A stretch of 64,000 nt of DNA from the human T2T-CHM13v2.0 reference genome, Homo sapiens: NCBI RefSeq assembly GCF_009914755.1, contig NC_060932.1, one strand, 5' to 3'. This document shows, in pieces, positions 16,740-28,721 of the stretch; the stretch's first letter is position 1; every line of letters starts with the position of its first letter. Position numbers and translations under genes: made by a program. The notes beneath the pieces are model-generated. The model was not told where the DNA came from. It searched no databases and was given only the letters and a program-made list of their open reading frames with translations.

Positions 16740-19700
16740 TTATATTTTGAGGTTAATGTTAAATTCTAATTTAGCACATAAAGTGAGTCTTTCTGAAATA
16801 ATTCTTACATATTGCTCCCTATTGATATTCCAGGTCAGTGAGCGGTGGACCTTTTCCATATTTAAATTATTTATTATAAAATGGCTTTAGCCTTATTTTG
16901 TTTCCCCTCTATTAAATAATACATTCAGCTGGGAGTTTTACTGGCCGGCTGCTTACAGCTATGAGTTAAATTACCACTGAGAATGAGAGCTGTAAAATCA
17001 GATAAGATGTCTTCTCACTGTCTTAACAGATAAAACAAGGAAGGCTGTACGGAAGCTTAGAAAACCCTCCAGGAAAATGTGTTTTATCTGGAAAAGAATA
17101 GTAAAGGGTACCAAAATGTCACTTGTGGAAACCTGAGGTAAATGAGCAGACAGACATTTTTCATTGATGTCTAAACAATTATTCCTTCATGTCACCTCAG
17201 CCATTTTCTAACAGGGGTAGGTCAAAAAACACTCACCTCCTGCTCTTTCATGAACCTTTGACTTATACTCCTTGGCTCAAACTCAAAAAGAGTAATTTAA
17301 GTTAAAAAATATGGTAAACATGACAATTCTGGCTATGGAGTCACCAGTAGCATATTAACACTTATAGTGTAACGTGTCTCTCCTCCCAGAGTCAACTGTG
17401 CTACCAGTGGGCATTTACATGGGCTGACTCCCTTCTGATATAGATTTAATAGGGCTTTTAAAATCCCTTCACATCTGATTACATAGCATCCACTCACTTA
17501 TTCATCAGGTATTTATCAAGTGCCTACTCTGTGCCCAATTCTGTTCTAGACATGTTTAATGCTTGCTCCCAAAATATTACTGACACAACCCGTGAATGAG
17601 ACCAAGCTGAGTTTCTTGAGTTTATTGGTAAGGGACAATGCCAGCTCTACCAAATAGCAGTTATGTCTCTGATCGCATAGGCAAGGTCAGATTTGTTGAG
17701 AATTAAAAGTCTGGTTGAAAGAGGGTCTTTCAATGTCAGGGAGAGGAGAAGACTAGATTAGAATTAGACTAGTATCATGATATAACAGTTTAGAATTGAT
17801 GAAAAGAGCAAGGTGGGGATTTTTTAGGCAAAAGAGTCAAAGAATCCTCCTTAGTTAATAATCCCCCTCTGTTTTCTATTGAAGAGTTGATAGATCTTTC
17901 TGGATCTAATATAACGAATAATCAAGTTATGTGCCTGGGCAAGAGTCTCTTGGAGTGAGAAAGTTATGCTAATGAAGACAGTGGACTAGTCAAGTCATGT
18001 TAATACTTCCAGTAAGTTGCATGTGGCAGTGCAGATGGGGATCGGTAGTTCCCATTCTCAGACACTTAGGACCCATCAGCAGACAAACGGGAGGAAAACC
18101 TTTGCATTTGTGGGGTTTACATTCTGGCAATTTCAATCAACCTCAAATTGTGAACAAAAATGACTCGTTTAAATTACGTGTCAGTCACTGTTTTTTTCTT
18201 TCACAGTTTGAATTTAGAATTAGCCAGACATTATAATTTTTCATTAGGCTATTCGACCAGGCTTTCTGGACTACTCCAAATGCCTGGCCATTGAGTTAGC
18301 TGTGATGGTGAGACTCTGTCCTAGAAATTTTGTTGTTTAGCATGTGATACCCCCTTGCAAAGAGATACCTCTTTATACAAAGTAGTAAGTGACTTCTAAG
18401 AAACAGTTGTTTATCTGATAAAATTAATATTTGTTCTAACACAGGGTTCTATTTAGAAAAGTACTTACTTTATAGTCACAATACATGAAAAGGGAAAGTG
18501 AGTTAAGTGGAAAGGTGAATTTACAGACTTATATAACCTGATCTAAGATTGTTACATCTGTTTCAAAGTGACTGTGTGTTTGAATAAGACCCAAGTTCAT
18601 TGCATTTACTTGTTCTTATGACTAAGCATGAAGAAACTGACAATGTATCTCCTCCCCAGGGTGGAGACCCCGCTTTGTTAATGTTACTCTACACGTGGTT
18701 TTAACACTTACTACGGAGTTACGAAATGCACAGGACCTCTGAAACCTGACAGACACAGTAACCTGTGAAGTGTTTAGCTGTAGGTGAGAACTGAGCTCAA
18801 CCTGAGGGTACAGAGGGACAGAGTATGTGCTCCACCTAAGGGTATTCACATTGCCTCAGGGGAAAAGAAGGTACAGACCAAAGGAAGATCTGTAGACATG
18901 ATTCAGCTTGCCTCTGGCCTTCTTATTAGCCCTGATTAAAACAAGGAAATTCCATAAACTAGGGTTTCACCTTCAGTGGACTGGATCTCCTGGTAGATCT
19001 AGAAGCTCATCGGTAAATAGAAAGAAAGGTGCTGTTCACTTCCCTGCTTCATCAGGGACTTGACCATTAACCTCCTTCCTTTATAGAAATTCCACTATAC
19101 AACCTTCACCCATACAGGGAGAATCAAAATATAAGGCAAGTGGAGGTGGTATGGGCTTGGATTTTACTTATGTAAAATAGTGATAAAAAGGTGGCACAGT
19201 AATAAAAGGTAGCACAGTAATAATTTCAGCAGCAACAATGGCAACTTTAATTTGGAGAAAAAAGATAAATATAAATAAATCTCTTTGGGTTAAAGTGTGG
19301 TCACTATGTTATAATTAAGACATGTTTAATGCTCATGCATTTTGTTTAATATCCAAATGTCATTCCAAATTCAGAATTGTGTTTGTATATATCATAAAAC
19401 ATAAAAAAGACCTGTGTTCATAAATTGGGCATGTGTACCTAATGTGGGCCACATATGGACCTAATGCCCACATAATTCAAATCTTTCATTCTTCAGATGG
19501 ATGAACAAAGACAGAGAGATGGATCTATTTATTCCAAGTGATAAAACATGTTAGAGTTGGAGCTGAAGCCAAATCTTACAATATCTGCCTATTTATACAC
19601 TTCTCCCTTTTCTAAGGAGTTTCTCTTCTAAGGTGTGACAGTAGATAGAACTATATTCTTTGCAAAATTGCTTTTAAAAACTAACAAGGTAATACATACA

Positions 19701-19858
19701 ACTTGAATACAAACAATGCAGATATCTATGAAGTAAATTTAAATTAAAAGTAAAATTATTCCCTTTGCTCACTCTTGGTGACACCCCCTAGGCCTTACCA
19801 CTTTAACAAATTTGTGTGTATTCTTGCAGAGTTCTCATGCGCATACAAAACATATACA

Positions 19859-20173
<315 letters not shown>

Positions 20174-21365
20174 TTATTTAATTCTAGTTTGTTGTCACCA
20201 AAATTGGATTCTACTTTTGCAATTTGATTTTTTTCTCCAATAACATGTCATGCTCTTCCTTCCATATGTAGACAGCTTATTATTTATGTGCAAAGCACTC
20301 CATGGTAGGTGAGCCATAGTTATTTTCAGCATTTCTCTATTGATAGTTTGCTTTCCACTATTTTTGGCTAGTACAAAAACATGTCACTGTATATCTTTCT
20401 TTTATGTCCTTTATCAAGTGTGTTAATATTTCTATAGCGGAGGTTCCTAAGTGTGGAATTTCTAGGTCAAAGTGTTTTTGCCTGTGTAAATTTTGGTTGT
20501 AAAATTTGGTATGTTCTACCAAATTGCCATCAAAAAAGCAAAGAAAAGAATGTGTCAGTCTACAGCCCAGCAACAGTGAATGCAAGAGCTCTCTCTAACA
20601 CCGAGTGCCATCGAGGATGGTGTTTGTACTACTCCTTTGTATTTACAGGAAGAAAGTTCCCAGATCTTAACAGGAACTAAAATAAACAGAAAGGGGAAAT
20701 TGATTGAGCCAGTTTGAGAGGGAAAGGTGCAGCAGTGGCCTTAGAGAAGAACTCTATCACCAGGAACTTCAAGGTCACCAGAGTGCAATGGTGCTCCTTT
20801 TCCATACCTTTCTGCATGTCAGCTGCATTAGCTCAGTGGGCTCCTCCATGAGCCCCTCTTCCCAGTTTTTAAGAAATGAGACACACTTCTGAGTTCATAC
20901 ACTAATAAGTTCCATTAGCAAATAGTAGAAGAGGCTTCTTCCTCCTACCATTAGTTTGAAAAGCCCTAGGGAAAATTCCGATTGGCCAGCTTGCATCACA
21001 GGCTCACCACTTAGGACAATTACGGTGTGTGTGTGTGTATGTGTGTGCTCACACACAGGAGTGTGAAGTACTGTGCTTGAATCAGTTGAAAGTGTGTGCC
21101 CTGCCAACTCCTGTGCTTGATACCTACAAAAGGCAGAAAAGAAATGTTGGATTGGCTGATATTGTTGGAAATTTTATGTCTATGTTGGATATTTTATATA
21201 TATGTCTGTGTGTGCATAACTAAAATAAATTGGTCATTTGAATGATTAAATTACCATCAAGCTGGAAATTTGCATGATTAATTTACCTTTAAACTGGTCG
21301 TTTAGACTATTGAATTATTAATTTATCCTTTGGAATCTTAGTTCAGCTTTTTACATGTAAAATAA

Positions 21366-21505
21366 TTTTTGTTTGTTTTTGTTTTTTTGAGACGAAGTCT
21401 CACACTGTCACTCAGGCTGCAGTGCAGTGGTGGGATCTTGGATGATCCGCTTGTCTCTACCTCCCAAAATGCTGAGATTACAGGCCTCAGCCACCGCGCC
21501 CAGCC
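21366..21505 (-). mobile_element. Internally deleted Alu with TSD
   Basis: Right-arm 3' end joined to left-arm 5' end; flanked by gtaaaataatttt. Confidence 0.8.
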
Positions 21506-21641
21506 GTAAAATAATTTTAAAGTTATTCAGATGTTTAAACAACTGCCATGGACAGCATCTCTTAGCCTAAAATGTGTTCTCTAAAAGTTTGTTACAAGTT
21601 TAGATTGAAGTAATAACTGCAGACTCATAGTAGAAAGACTT

Positions 21642-22602
21642 TTATGACCTACCTTCTGAAGCCTAATTCTGTCAGCTCGTCATTCTCTGACAACCTTTCT
21701 TCCGTTGCTGGCGAGGAGTTGCGATCCTTTGAAGGAGAAGAGGCACTCTGGTTTTTAGAATTTTCAGCTTTTCTGCTCTGGTTTCTCCCCACCTTTGTGG
21801 TTTTATCTGCCTTTGGTCTTTGATGTTGGTGACCTACAGATGGGGTTTGGTGTGGATCTCCCTTTTGTTGATGTTGATGATATTTTTCTGTTTGTTAGTT
21901 TTCCTTCTAACAGTCAGGTACCTCAGCTGCAGATCTGTTGGAGTTTGCTGGAAGTCCGTCCACTCCACACCCTGTTTGCCTAGGTTGGTGGGAGTGTAAA
22001 CTAGTTCAACCATTGTGGAAGACAGTGTGGCGATTGCTCAAGGATCTAGAGCTAGAAATACCGTTTGACCCAGCCATCCCATTACTGGGTATATACCCAA
22101 AGGATTATAAATCATGCTACTATAAAGACACATGCACACGTATGTTTATTGTGGCACGATTCACAAAGCAAAGACTTGGAACGAACCCAAATGTCCATCG
22201 ACGATAGATTGCATTAAGAAAATGTGGCACATATACACCATGGAATACTATGCAGCCATAAAAAAGGATAAGTTCATGTCCTTTGCAGGGACATGGATGA
22301 AGGTACAAACCATCATTTTGAGAAACTATCACAAGGAACGAAAACCAAACACCCCATGTTCTCCCTCATAGGTGGGAATTGAACAATGAGAACACTTGGA
22401 CACAGGGTGGGGAACATCACACACTGGGGCCTGTCATGGGGTGGAGGGCGGGGGAAGGGATAGCATTGGGGGAAATACCTAATGTAAATGAAGAGATAAT
22501 GGGTGCAGCAGGCCAGCATGGCACGTGTATACCTATGGAACAAGCCTGCACACTGTGCACACGTACCCTAGAATTTAAAGTATAATAAAAAATAAAAAAA
22601 AA
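21642..22602 (+). mobile_element. L1PA with inverted 5' segment
   Basis: ~21642-21985 is antisense L1 5'UTR/ORF1-start sequence, joined directly to the sense ORF2 end, 3'UTR and poly(A). Confidence 0.8.
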
Positions 22603-23036
22603 TGCAGCAATAACGTTTTTTGTATATTTGATTCAGGTTGTTTTGAACAGTTTCCTGATACAAATTATACAACCCTGAGATTCCTCAATCAAAGGATATG
22701 AAGGTTTCAATGATAATTGATATATATATATCAATACCTATTTCAAATACATACTTTATCAATTTAATGCTGCCTCAAAATAACACACTTTTGTCAGAAT
22801 TGGGTATAGTGTTTTTTAAAAACCTAGTGATTAAAAATAGTGCCTCATTTACATTTTAATTACATTTCTATGATTACTACAGATGTTTGACTTCTCTTGG
22901 GTGCTGTAAAATTATTCTCTTCTGAGTATATCATTTTTTTCATGATGTTTACCCAATTCTCTATTAAGGCTTTCAATCCAACTAATTTGTAAAGTCTCTT
23001 ATTAAACTGCAGTGCTGCAAATTAAAACCACAATGT

Positions 23037-23327
<291 letters not shown>

Positions 23328-23436
23328 TGGTGTATATACCCAACAGAATACTATTCAGCCTTAGAAAAGAAAGAAATCACGTCATTTGCAACATGAATGA
23401 GCCTAGAGGATGTTATAGTGAGTGAAATAAAGCAAA

Positions 23437-23745
23437 GGCCAGGCATGGTGGCTCATGCCTGTAATCCCAGTACTTTGGGAGGCAAAGGCAGGTGGAGAAC
23501 TTTAGCCCAGGAGTTCGAGATCAATCTGGGCAGCATGGTGAAATCCCATCTCTACAAAAAATACAAACATTAGCCAGATGTGGTATTGGACGCCTGTAGT
23601 CCTAGCTACTCAGGAGGCTGAAGTGGGAGGATCTCTTGACCAGGGGAGGTGGAGACCATGGTGAGTGACCCGTGTTTCTCTCAGTGTACTACAGCCTGCA
23701 TGACAGACTGAGACCCTGTCTCATAAAATAAATAAATACATAATA
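23437..23745 (+). mobile_element. Alu (J-like) inside an old L1M 3' end (~23328-24150)
   Basis: Paralog of 31443-31745. Confidence 0.9.
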
Positions 23746-24951
23746 AAGTTTTAAAAAGCAAGCACAGAAAGACAAATACTGCATGATCTCACTTATATAT
23801 GGAATCTGAAAACATTGAACTCATAGTTGTAGAGAGCAGACGGGTGGTTGCCCGAGGTAGGGGCTGGGGAGGGATTGGGGAGATGTTAGTCAAATGATAC
23901 AAAATTTCAGATAGGAATACTGATAGAAATCTATTGAACAGCATGCAACTGCAGTGAATAACTATGTATTGTGTACTTGAAACTTGCTATAAGAGTAGAT
24001 TTAAAACTTGTTCTCACAACAATAAAATCAGTATGTGAGGAAATGAGTGTGTTAATTAGCTTGATTTTGTCATTCCACAATGCATACATATAGGAAACCT
24101 CATGTTGTACCCCATAAACATATATAATTTTTACTTGTCAATTTAAAATTAAAATTTAAGTAAATTATAAAAATAAAATGAAATAACATACACTAAAAAA
24201 GACTTTTATTTATTAAATCTCCACAAGAAGTCTAAGTTATGAAGGAAAATAAAATTCCAGGAACAGTAAAATCAATCAGAAATGCCCTACTTCAGTGCAT
24301 TCCGAAATTTGTCTGACAGAGTGGAAATCCAGTTCTTCACTAAGTCATTGTTTTGGAACAGTTAGTGAGTGTGTATATATGTTTGTGTGGGCTCATATAC
24401 ACAAATTAAATTCATGGTAATGTAAGCATTCAAAATATCAGTTTCATTTAGTTATGTACACATACACAAACACACACCCCCCACACACATTTATAAAATC
24501 AGCCATTCCACCAAAACTAGCTACTTAGTGTCTCATCTCTCACTGAAGATTCAAAACAGAAACGTGGATTTAGGGAGGCATGATGGTTCATCCTCTCTTG
24601 GAGCCCAGTTGGAAGTTGACTGACTGATTCAGACATTATAATTGATTGGTCTGGGTGAAAGAATCCACTTTGACTCTTAATTGAACACCTACTATGTGCC
24701 ATTGTTTTAAGGCTTGCCATGTGTTGCTTCATTCCTTCCTCACCATTACCTTATGATCACACTTTAAAGATAAAAAAGTAGAAGCGCAAAAAAGTTATTT
24801 GTCCAATATTACAAAGCTAGTAAGTGGTGGAATTTGAATTTGAACCCAGATATCTAACTCCAGAGCCTAAGTGCTTCACCCATCTCACTGTGGTGGCTCT
24901 AGAGAAAAACAGGTAAGTGCACATTAAGAAGCAAATGCCTCTGAGTTGTTC

Positions 24952-24997
24952 TTAATTTTTTTTATTTTAAATTTTAAAATTCATATAACCATTTATT
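24952..24997 (-). terminator. Poly(A) signal and decayed poly(A) tract of the retrogene (copy 1 only)
   Basis: Minus-strand AATAAA at 24992-24997 followed by an A-rich tract, at the abrupt GC-rich/AT-rich boundary. Confidence 0.65.
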
Positions 24998-25490
24998 CTG
25001 CGCCTGCGCCGGGGGTGGGGAAAAAATCGGGTGCGGTAGGGGAGGTTCAGAAAGCCCCACAGAAGGAGAAGAGGCCCAGGAGAGAAGACTGTCAGGAAGC
25101 TGGTGGGCCTGGGGGCTGGCCTTGTTCTCAGAGGCCAGGGAAGTGCAGGTGGGCTGAGTGAGGTTAGTGGTGTAACGACAGAGGTCTTCGACAGGCAGAG
25201 GGATGGGGACAGGCGCGAGGGGCCTTGGCAGCGACCCGGGGGAATGGGAGTTGGGGCTCGGGCCTCGGGGAGGCGATTGGTTGAAGGACAGAGGTCTGGG
25301 AGGGGCAGAGCGATGGGGACATGGACGGCGGCCCGCTGCAGGGACTCCGGGGCACTGGGAGTCGGGGGTCGGGGATAGTCTTGGCTTTTTGCCCTCTCCT
25401 GCCGCCTGCTGCTCCAGTTTCTTTCGCTTTGCGGCGAGGTGGGCAGGGTGAGCTCTCGGGACGAATGGCGGTTTTGGAAGAGGCCTGGGG

Positions 25491-27236
25491 CTAAGGACAG
25501 GCCAGGGCGGCGGGAGAGGCGGACCGGTGGCGTGGCTGGATCTGGGCGCGCTGTCGGACCTTCCACATCACCAGCTGCAGGCAGGCGTTTGCGTCCTCGC
25601 TGGAGTTGTGGCCGTCCTGGCTGTCCTGGATGATCTGTGCCAGGTAGTCGGCCGCGAGATTCCTGAGGGAGCGCTTGTAGGGGAAACCCAGGTAGTGCGG
25701 GAAGAGCACGGCCGTGTCCACCACGGTGCTGTGGATGAGCTTCAGGGCCAGCAGGTCGCTCTCCAGGCTGTGCCCGATGAGGATGGTTTGGGCGCTGAAA
25801 AAGCTCAGCAGGATGGCTTGGACTTGGGGCAACGTGATGCTCGTCTTGGCGACGTCGGCCTCGGTGACTCCGGAAAACCTGGTGTTGTAGTCCACGATCT
25901 CGTTGTCGGGCTTGACGAAGGTGTCGTACACCACTCGCATGTCGGCGTCCACCACGGTGACGCGGGTCAGCTCTAGGCCATGCGTGGTGTAGCACATCTC
26001 ACAGTCCAAGGCGTAGATTCCTGGATAAGCGTCTCTGGACAACTCTTTCTTGAAGGTCTCCACGAAGCCATCGAGGCTCTCCTTGCGGCCGTCCCGCACG
26101 TGCTGCTTTGCCACCTGGCAGCCCACAGAGCCAGGAGCAGCTGCACAGCAGGTGTACTGGCTAACCCGGCCTCCAGCCACCTGGCTCGAGCGGACCCGCC
26201 CCCAGTGATAATAACACAACTGGTCGCGTACACAGCGGCCCGAGGAGGACACCAGGTACTCGGTGCCACAACGGCAGCAGACCCTGCAGGAGTAGTCGCC
26301 GGGCCCCTTCCCCTGGCCAGTGAAGAGGACGGCGCCTCCGGGCCGCTCGGGGTGCGGGAAGGGGTAGCCGTTCTCCTTGAGCTGGTCCTGGGTGAGCAGG
26401 AACTCCTGGAGGCGGCTGTACAGGGCGGCCCTGCTGAGGCCGGGCATGGAGCTGGGGGTCAGGCCCTTCAGTCTCTTGAGGGTGTTCAGGACCACGTTCA
26501 GGTACCTGTTCTTGTTGGGGCTGCAGTCGTAGGCCACCTTCTCCTCGTTCAGCGCCTTCTCCTCGGCCTCCTGCTTGGAGGCGCAGAACTTGAGACACTC
26601 TTCGGTGAACAGTTGGAGATAGCCTCGGCGGAGGACGGTGGGGACTTGGCACCCAGAGCTTCGGAGGATAATGGGTTTCTTCAAACTCGGTAAGGATGCA
26701 CGACGGACGATTCGCTTAGAGCTGATGGTGGCGGTGGTCTTGCATGCCATCCCTGACCTGTTGCGCGTCTTCCCTGGCTGTCTGCCGACCTTGGAGCCAC
26801 TGGAGCGTTGGCTACTGCTGGCCACCCGGGTTCTCTTGGCATCTGTGTAACCTGTGACCAAGGAAGGGCTGGAAGAGTGGGCGATCGTCTTCCTCTTCCT
26901 GGGGGCTGAGATGCGGACTCCCGAGGGCCTCTCTGTCAGCCTTGGGGCGGCTGGCAAGCGGCAGGCCGATCCCCTCTGCGCAGGGAAGTAGCAGGACTCC
27001 GTCACCATCTTGGGCCAAGCTGGGGGCACCGCCGGACCCCTGTTCTGGGGCTCTGCCTGGATGTCCACAAATACTGAGGCCTGCTTGTGCATCTGGGGCA
27101 CCCAGAGCCCGAAGCTCTGGGCAGGCTGATGAGAGGGCAGTGGGAATTCTGGAGCCTCGAGGGCCGCCTCCTCGGCCACCTTCTTAGCTTCTGGGTATCC
27201 AGGTGGGAACCAGCAGGGAGCTGTGGCTCGCAACAT
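25491..27236 (-). CDS. REXO1L1: REXO1-like (GOR) DEDDh 3'-5' exonuclease retrogene, copy 1; 581 aa from first ATG; one N-terminal 46-aa repeat
   Basis: Intronless ORF with ExoI ALDCEM, Exo[10 protein letters not shown], ExoIII HNSSEDA and a Cys/His-rich region (CCRCG..CYYHWGR..YTCC). The track start at 27281 is TTG; the first ATG (MLRATAPC) is at 27236. Paralog number cannot be assigned; family members are usually annotated as pseudogenes. Confidence 0.9.
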   Translation of the reverse strand: MLRATAPCWFPPGYPEAKKVAEEAALEAPEFPLPSHQPAQSFGLWVPQMHKQASVFVDIQAEPQNRGPAVPPAWPKMVTESCYFPAQRGSACRLPAAPRLTERPSGVRISAPRKRKTIAHSSSPSLVTGYTDAKRTRVASSSQRSSGSKVGRQPGKTRNRSGMACKTTATISSKRIVRRASLPSLKKPIILRSSGCQVPTVLRRGYLQLFTEECLKFCASKQEAEEKALNEEKVAYDCSPNKNRYLNVVLNTLKRLKGLTPSSMPGLSRAALYSRLQEFLLTQDQLKENGYPFPHPERPGGAVLFTGQGKGPGDYSCRVCCRCGTEYLVSSSGRCVRDQLCYYHWGRVRSSQVAGGRVSQYTCCAAAPGSVGCQVAKQHVRDGRKESLDGFVETFKKELSRDAYPGIYALDCEMCYTTHGLELTRVTVVDADMRVVYDTFVKPDNEIVDYNTRFSGVTEADVAKTSITLPQVQAILLSFFSAQTILIGHSLESDLLALKLIHSTVVDTAVLFPHYLGFPYKRSLRNLAADYLAQIIQDSQDGHNSSEDANACLQLVMWKVRQRAQIQPRHRSASPAALACP

Positions 27237-27321
27237 CTTGCTGCCTTCGGGAGCACCGGCCTGGCTCTGCTCCTCTCCCAACTGGCGGCTTCAATGAGTG
27301 CTGCGGCCGCCACGCGTCGCC

Positions 27322-27570
27322 TTTATATACGCACAGGGCAGACTGGGTGGGACTTCTCCTTGATAGGTTGGTGCTTCAGTCCAATCACCCTGAGCCTCAT
27401 CTTCCACCAGACTCCAGCTTGGGAATGCCTCAGGGGGTGCGCTAATGGAATCAACTGGAGCTCCCGGTTGCTAAACTTGGAGCTAGGTTGCTTTTCCTGA
27501 GTTAAGTAACTGTCCCTGCAGGGCAGTCCTATAATGGCTACTGGAATTGGGCTACCTAGGATTAAATTAA
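27322..27570 (-). promoter_or_regulatory. Candidate core promoter of copy 1 (TATATAAA, CCAAT)
   Basis: Minus-strand TATATAAA at 27322-27329, ~86 bp upstream of the ATG; CCAAT at 27381-27385 (+ strand); GGGTGGG box between them. Confidence 0.6.
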
Positions 27571-27774
27571 GGTTCAGGGAGGTTGGTCAACTTGCTTGGG
27601 CCCACACAGCACCCAATGGAGCCAGGACTGGGCCAGCAGTCTGCTGCATGCTGGAGGGCAGGATCTCTCTGGGGTTGCCTTTCCTTGCTCTGTGCACTCC
27701 TCCGCTGCGGACAAATTGAGGACAGGAAGTGGACCGCACCCAATTCTCTCCCAGGACTTGGGCAATGTTCAACA

Positions 27775-28662
27775 CAGGTGGTCTTCCAAAGGTTCATAGA
27801 AAATGCACATGGTGAAGAAACTATGCATGGATTTCCACTGGTTTGCACTAAAATAAACTTGTCCTAACTTCTTATAAACTTTCTGAACTAGATCTAGTTT
27901 GAGGCACTAAGAAGGATGAGACATCCACTGAAAAGGACTCCCGTCAGAGCAATATGAATTCCACGAAAATTGCAGCAAGAGGAAACATCAAATTTATGGT
28001 GAAGCTTGGGTGGAAGAATGAAGAAATCATTGATGTATTAAGAAAAGCTTATAAGGACACTACCCCAAGGAAATGAACTCTTTACCAATGTATAGCTTGT
28101 TTCAAGAAGAGGTGAGAAGATGTGGAAGATGAATCCTGCAGTGGCTGTGAAAACCACTGTGCCCAGATGAGCTGCAGTTACGACGAGAGCTATCAGTGGA
28201 AATTTTAAACAGCAGGGATCACGATCCTGACGCATCCCTCTGACAAATTGTAAGCGGCAGTTGGAACATGGCTTCACCAATATGATCTCCATGGCAAAGC
28301 ATCATGAAAGCGATGGCTACCAAGAGGTGGCAGTGGTCCAGTCAAAGGAAAAGGAGGCCAGTCAGGAGCCCACATCATGGCATCAGTGTTTTGGGACACT
28401 CAAGGCATTTTGCTTGTTGACTTTCTGAAAGGCCAAACATCTGCTTATTAGGAGAGTGTTCTGAGAAGCTTAGATAAAGCTTTGGTAGAAACATGCTGGG
28501 AAAGTCTCACTAGATCCTTGTTCACCACATCAATGCTCTGCTCATTCCTCTCATCAAACAAGGGCAATTTTGTCAGTTTCAATGGGCAGTCCTTAGGAAT
28601 TCACCTTACGGGCTGCTTTCATTCCTTCTAAATTCTTTTTGTTTCCTAATGATAAAAAGTCT
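27775..28662 (+). mobile_element. Hsmar2 mariner relic (5' TIR plus decayed, internally deleted transposase)
   Basis: TIR-like ggtcttccaaaggttcatagaaaatgc; ATG at 27954 gives MNSTKIAARGNIKFMVKLGWK; later WLPRGGSGPVK, VFWDTQGILLVDFL and FFLFPN motifs; stops and frameshifts. Confidence 0.88.
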
Positions 28663-28721
28663 CCTTGCCTTGCTTGGAAAGATGAGAGAAAGTCTCCTTG
28701 CCTTGTTTGGACAGATGAGAG
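28656..28721. repeat. 33-bp tandem duplication at the Hsmar2 truncation point
   Basis: aaagtctccttgccttg(c/t)ttgga(a/c)agatgagag x2, in every unit. Confidence 0.85.

Noticed and set aside
24967-25995. 342-aa / 206-aa alternative-frame minus ORF
   Set aside because: Low-complexity Arg/Pro-rich, length differs between copies, no recognisable domain
25527-26693. 149-aa and 237-aa plus-strand ORFs antisense to each gene
   Set aside because: Shadow ORFs expected from GC-rich codon usage; their recurrence only reflects the tandem duplication
27237-27281. MGEEQ N-terminus given by the ORF track
   Set aside because: Starts at TTG; the first ATG with good context is at 27236
24933-27432. Possible retrogene TSD (aatgcctc near 24934 and 27424)
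   Set aside because: Only 8 bp match and not adjacent to the poly(A) remnant
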